Source: Methanotrichaceae archaeon (GTDB lineage: Archaea > Halobacteriota > Methanosarcinia > Methanotrichales > Methanotrichaceae). Taken from it: a stretch of 64,000 nucleotides of DNA. This document shows, one piece after another, positions 59,502 through 64,000 of this stretch; position 1 is the stretch's first letter; every line of letters starts with the position of its first letter. Under the pieces are notes generated by a model. That model ran no database searches. It saw nothing but the letters and a program-made list of their open reading frames with translations, and had not been told where the DNA came from. The stretch spans positions 23,966-87,965 of the forward strand of contig CAWDNX010000003.1 of NCBI GenBank assembly GCA_963803855.1, written 5' to 3'. A program made the position numbers and the translations under genes.

Positions 59502-61477
59502 GCTCCCTGCCTCCCATCCGGTCTCCCATCCGGCCTCTCCTGCGGCGCTGCCGCTCCAGCCTTCCGTCCCGCCTTGAAGATGGCCTTGCACGATTGCATG
59601 GAGCGGTGGCATTTTTCCGCCTTCTCTCGCATCTCATGGGCGCCTGGATCGCCCTCTCTCTCCAGCTCTTCCGACCTGGCCCTGTAAATCTTAAAGGCCT
59701 TCTTGTAAGCCTTGAGCGCCTTCTTGCTGCATTCCTCTTTATCCAACACCTCCGAAAAAGTTACATAAGCAAAGGCCAAGTCCCTGAGAATATCGGCGTG
59801 CTCCAGGGTGGCCGTTTCCAGCGTGTAATATTCTAGGGCACGCTCGTAGACATCGATGGCTTTTTGGCAGTTTTCCGCCCTGTCCTCCATCTCAGCTAAA
59901 GTGATGAAGCTGTAGCCCAGATTCTTGAGAGCATCGGCGTGATCTGCCGGGCTCGTTCGTTCATAGATTCTGATGGCGGCCTGGCAGGCCTGTATTGCCC
60001 GCCGGCAGTTCTCCTGTCTTTCCTCGACCTCGGCCAGAGCCGAATAAGCTGCCCAGAGCAAGATCTGCACCTCAGCAGACTCCTCTGGATAGCGGGACAC
60101 TTTATAGATCTGCAAAGCTTCGAGAGCGGCAGATACGGCCTTCTTGCAGTCTTCCGCTTTGGCTTCGTCTGAGATTTCCATATCCGCCAGCATTATGGCC
60201 GTCATGGCCAGATCCTGGCAGCAGGAAGCAATTTGCAGGGGCTGGGCGGCCCAGATCCTGTAAGAATGCAGCCTCTCCTCACAGGCCTGCAGAGCCAGAG
60301 CGCAGTTCTCGGCCCGATACTCGATATCGGCTAAGGTAAGATAGGCCAGCCAGAGGCTGCCTTTGGCTTCGCCATAATCCTCGGGAGAGTCTTCCAGAGA
60401 AAAGACAGAGATAGCCTTTTGAGCTGCCAGGATGGCCTTCATGCAGTTAACGGTTTTATCCACTCTCTGCCCCTCTGTAAGATAGACATTGGCCAGATTA
60501 TTTTGAACTGTTGCATAAAGCCGGGGGAACTCTTCCAGAGAATAGATCTGCAGAGCATTGCGGTAAGCCTCCAGTGCTCGCCGGCAGTTCTCCAGGCACC
60601 CTTGCTCGCCACATTCTTCTGCCACTTCATCTTCTTCGGCCAGGGCGAGGTAAGCATTACCGAGATTGTTCTCCGAAGCGGCGTAGGCCTGCGGCTGCTC
60701 CTCCTTTGTTCTGTAGAGCAGTGCCTCTTTGCAGGCAGCAAGAGCCAGCCGGCAGTTTCCGGCCTTGTCCTCGGTCTCGGAAAGGGAGAGATAGGCTATG
60801 GCCAGATTGTTTTTCATAGCTGCATATTGCAAGGGACTATGGTCCGGAGAATAAACCAGGATGGCTTCCTGATAAGCTAGAATGGCTTTTTTGCAGCTTC
60901 TTGCATGATCGGCAGCATTTGCAGCCTGGGCCAGCGTCAGATGGCAGCTTCCCAGGTTGGCCATCGTTGCCGCAAATTGCAGGGGGCTATCTTTGAGATT
61001 GTAGACGCGTAGCGCAGCTATGCAGGCCTCTAATGCCCTTTTGCCGTTTTCTGGCCGGCTCTCCAGCTCCGCCAGTTTTCGGTAGGCTCCACCTAGATCT
61101 TTTTGAATAGAAGCATGCTCTTCTGGAAAGGCGGTTAAAGAAAAGAAGGGCAGGGATTCTTCCCAGCAAATGGTAGACTGCTTGAGGTTTTGGGCTCGAT
61201 TTTCGATGTCTGCCAAAGCGGTATAGGCGAAGCCGAGGCCTCTCATGACTTTGGCGCGAGGAATTGGGTAGCGCTCCAGAGTATAAACGAGCAGAGCTTT
61301 TTCATAGGCGGCAATGGCGCATTCGCAGATCAACAAATCATTTTTTTGCTTGATTATTTCCAGGCAATTGTCGCCGATCTTTCTTTGTATGTTGCTCTGC
61401 TGCACATGGTCCATCTCGAAGGCCAGCATCTTCTCGTATACGATCAGGGCCTTTTCATATTCTGAATTGAGATGCAT
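59498..61477 (-). CDS. Long TPR-like repeat protein
   Basis: Repeated P..YA...NNL..AY..L...ENC..A..A...AL. Confidence 0.85.
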   Translation of the reverse strand: MHLNSEYEKALIVYEKMLAFEMDHVQQSNIQRKIGDNCLEIIKQKNDLLICECAIAAYEKALLVYTLERYPIPRAKVMRGLGFAYTALADIENRAQNLKQSTICWEESLPFFSLTAFPEEHASIQKDLGGAYRKLAELESRPENGKRALEACIAALRVYNLKDSPLQFAATMANLGSCHLTLAQAANAADHARSCKKAILAYQEAILVYSPDHSPLQYAAMKNNLAIAYLSLSETEDKAGNCRLALAACKEALLYRTKEEQPQAYAASENNLGNAYLALAEEDEVAEECGEQGCLENCRRALEAYRNALQIYSLEEFPRLYATVQNNLANVYLTEGQRVDKTVNCMKAILAAQKAISVFSLEDSPEDYGEAKGSLWLAYLTLADIEYRAENCALALQACEERLHSYRIWAAQPLQIASCCQDLAMTAIMLADMEISDEAKAEDCKKAVSAALEALQIYKVSRYPEESAEVQILLWAAYSALAEVEERQENCRRAIQACQAAIRIYERTSPADHADALKNLGYSFITLAEMEDRAENCQKAIDVYERALEYYTLETATLEHADILRDLAFAYVTFSEVLDKEECSKKALKAYKKAFKIYRARSEELEREGDPGAHEMREKAEKCHRSMQSCKAIFKAGRKAGAAAPQERPDGRPDGRQGA

Positions 61478-61912
61478 TTTTTGCTCTGCAATGGCGAATC
61501 GCCTCCTTTTGTTTTTCCCGGTGGATACAAATCCAGATGGATATCGCCGCTACTTCTAATCTTCGCCCACTAACTTATTTAAAATACAGAAAGTGTTAAA
61601 TCAGATGAGATTAGATAGTGTAGTAGAAAAGATTATTATCATTAACGATGATGTTGATAAGAGTTCTGCCAAAACCAAAACCGGAGAGTTCAGGTCCTAA
61701 ACCTCCTTCCTGAACCTCTCCCACCTCATTATATTCCTTAAATCATCTAATTACCACGACATCCAGGAGGAGCAAGATAGCTCCCAAAAAACCTACTATG
61801 GTGATTATCGTCTCAGTATTTATCTCTGGGTTATGCACGGGCCATGCGCTAAGCAGATCTAGGATATATAGGTTTCCGGAGATGAGGGCTTTTTAGGCAC
61901 CTAACAGATCTC

Positions 61913-62911
61913 GGTCGTGTACTCGTATCATTGAATTGGTATCCTGAATGCCATTAGCTCCTTGATAGTCCATACATGATCAGTCAGTCCTTCTGCCATC
62001 GCAGGTGTTCTTTGCATCCATTTCTTCCTTCCTTGATCAATTCTTCGCCGAAGTGACTTATGTGGCTTGACAAAGTTGTACCAGGCTTGGAAAAAGTCCA
62101 GGGCATGAGTATGCCGCCCCAAGATCTTGCTGCAATTCATGCTCTTGCGTATGAATCGAGCCAATGAATTGCGAATTGTGAGATTCAGCCGCTCAATATA
62201 TGCCGTATTGATCTTTCCTCCAGAATCGGCACCAAGTAACTGCATTACCTCTTTCGGATCACCATAAACAACACGTTGTATTACCTCAACGAGTCGTCCT
62301 TTCTCTCTTTTCTTGCATACCTTTGCGTACTTCAGGTTTGGGTAAGGAACCAGTATAGGATCAGGCTTTCTTCCGATTCCGCAGTAAGGCGGCGTCTCAA
62401 GAAAACCATAAACATTGAGAAGCCCTTCCTCGAAAAGATCCCAGTTATCTGAAGTAAATACAGGAATAGGCGAATCAATTGCGCGACGTCTTTCAATATC
62501 GCCAAATAATTCGATACAATCCTCTGCAGTGCTTGCCAGCGAGATCAACCCACTTACATATTGTGCCCTTATCATGCCCCGAAATCCGCGCAGCTCCACG
62601 AATGCTTCCTTTCTCTGGAATCATAGCTAGTGTTCGGCAGACCTCATCAATCGGAGTGTTAAGGCCGAAGAACGGCGTTCCATGAGTCTCGCTAAAACAA
62701 TGGCCGCAGGTTCTGCATTTGAGAAGCGCTCTGTTGTCCTTCCCGTATCGTTCTTTCAAAACTATGTTTTCTGCACCCTTTTTTCCGAAGTCAGGACAAT
62801 CCTTCTGCCAGCACTAAAATAGCGAAACATCAAGATTCGAATTCATCGCTACCCCAACGTATTAATTGATGAGGTAATATTAAAATCTTTCAGTTAAGAA
62901 AGTACACGACC
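61913..62911 (-). mobile_element. IS1-family element, degenerate transposase
   Basis: Perfect 11-bp terminal IRs GGTCGTGTACT/AGTACACGACC; Zn finger, SDNW, INTAYIERLNLTIR, RTPAMAEG. Confidence 0.88.
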
Positions 62912-63434
62912 CATGACTGGAATCCGTTGTTATTGGCTTGAATCTCTTCTTTTTGCACAGAAGGTTATCTTGTCGCATCAGTTTCAGAACCCGCTTGCGG
63001 TTAACCTCAAAGCCGCGATTTTGGAGTTCTGCCGTTATCCTCCTGTAACCGTACCCAGTAAATTCTAGAGCGATCTCTTGAATCTGATTTTTTAGATCCA
63101 TATTCACAAGGCTTTTTTTAAAAGCTCGATCTCGGCATGAGCTTGGCCGAGCAGCCTCTCAAGTTCTGCAATCCTTGCCTGGTCCTTATACTGATTTCCA
63201 TTACCGCTAAACGCTTTTTCGGGATTCTCGGCCAGCTCTTCTCTCCACCGAGAGGGCAGGCCTGGATGGATGCTATGCTCGCGGGCGATCTGAGCCAGAG
63301 GTTTGCCACTCTCAAGTTCAGCTACTACTGATATCTTGAATGCTCGGTCGTAGCGCCGCCTCGTCTTTTTCATGTACTTCCCTCCATGAGTTGATGTTGC
63401 TTAACTCATTGTCCACTCGGAGGGGTTCACTCCA
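62912..63434 (-). mobile_element. IS3-family element (orfA 63104-63373; orfB truncated by IS1)
   Basis: 5'-TGGAGTGAACCCC end, RRRYDRAFK HTH orfA, A7G slippery site, YGYRRITAEL..VNRKRV. Confidence 0.85.
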
Positions 63435-63495
63435 TCCTTTGCCTCTGCTTCTGCCTAACAATAACTATTTGAGCTCATAATACAATCATCTATTA

Positions 63496-64000
63496 ATGCT
63501 TAAAACGTATCGCTACAGGCTCAAACCTACAAAATCTCAGGTTACTATCTTAGAACGGCAACTTGAGCTTTGCAGATTTGTCTATAATGATACGCTTGCA
63601 TATCGAAAGAATGCGTGGGAATTTAAGCAAAGAACGGTTAAACGATTTGAGACTCAGGATAGATTACCTCAACTGAAGCTGGAGGTACCCGAACTCAGGG
63701 ATGTCCATTCACTGGTTCTTCAGAATGTAGCTCTCAGGGTGGAACTGGCGTTCAAAGCGTTCTTCCGAAGAGTCAAGGCAGGAGAAGAACCAGGGTTTCC
63801 AAGGTTCAAAGGAAAGAGTAGATACGATAGCATCACGTACTCCCAATCCGGTTTTGAGTTGGATTCTGAAATGCTCCATCTCTCCAAGATTGGAGATATC
63901 AAGATCAAGCTGCATAGGCCAATTGTTGGTAAGATTAAGAGCTGTACTATTCGCAGAATGCCAACTGGCAAATGGTTCGCTTGCTTCTCTGTCGAGATGG
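63496..64000 (+). CDS. tnpB: TnpB (IS200/IS605), running off the window
   Basis: MLKTYRYRLKP..CRFVYN..AFKAFFRRVK.GE.PGFPRFK; no stop before the edge. Confidence 0.9.
   Translation, partial: MLKTYRYRLKPTKSQVTILERQLELCRFVYNDTLAYRKNAWEFKQRTVKRFETQDRLPQLKLEVPELRDVHSLVLQNVALRVELAFKAFFRRVKAGEEPGFPRFKGKSRYDSITYSQSGFELDSEMLHLSKIGDIKIKLHRPIVGKIKSCTIRRMPTGKWFACFSVEM

Noticed and set aside
1-64000. tRNA/rRNA genes
   Set aside because: No cloverleaf or rRNA-like segment recognised by eye; tRNAscan-SE would be needed to exclude them

Overview
Archaeal methanogen chromosome segment, probably Methanothrix/Methanosarcinales-like. This is inferred from gatD, rpl10e, aIF-2beta, rnp4, hel308, cofC/cofE and archaeal leuS. 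Layout: (1) 1-6.6 kb, an AT-rich operon of GmrSD-like DUF262/HNH, YaaA/DpdC-like protein, UvrD helicase, Fe-S PD-(D/E)XK nuclease and a DpdA-type DNA transglycosylase, i.e. a non-canonical 7-deazaguanine modification/defence locus. (2) 6.6-13.1 kb, Fe-S, sulfur-relay and redox genes. (3) 13.4-27.2 kb, an accessory region ending at a duplicated leuS 3' end. Here four toxin-antitoxin pairs, a Gabija-like pair and a dCTP-deaminase-like pair sit as cassettes between copies of a modular ~300-bp repeat. Each full repeat has a dif/lox-like 11-7-11 palindromic core followed at a fixed 15-16 bp by a triple CAGAG/CAAAG repeat. This is the best candidate for an undescribed system. (4) 27-51 kb, mostly housekeeping genes. 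(5) 51-64 kb, decayed genes and nested IS66/IS1/IS3/TnpB elements. Many ordinary genes carry single-base frameshifts, most likely uncorrected long-read indels, so pseudogene and fusion calls need caution. All assignments come from motif recognition by eye; no searches were run.
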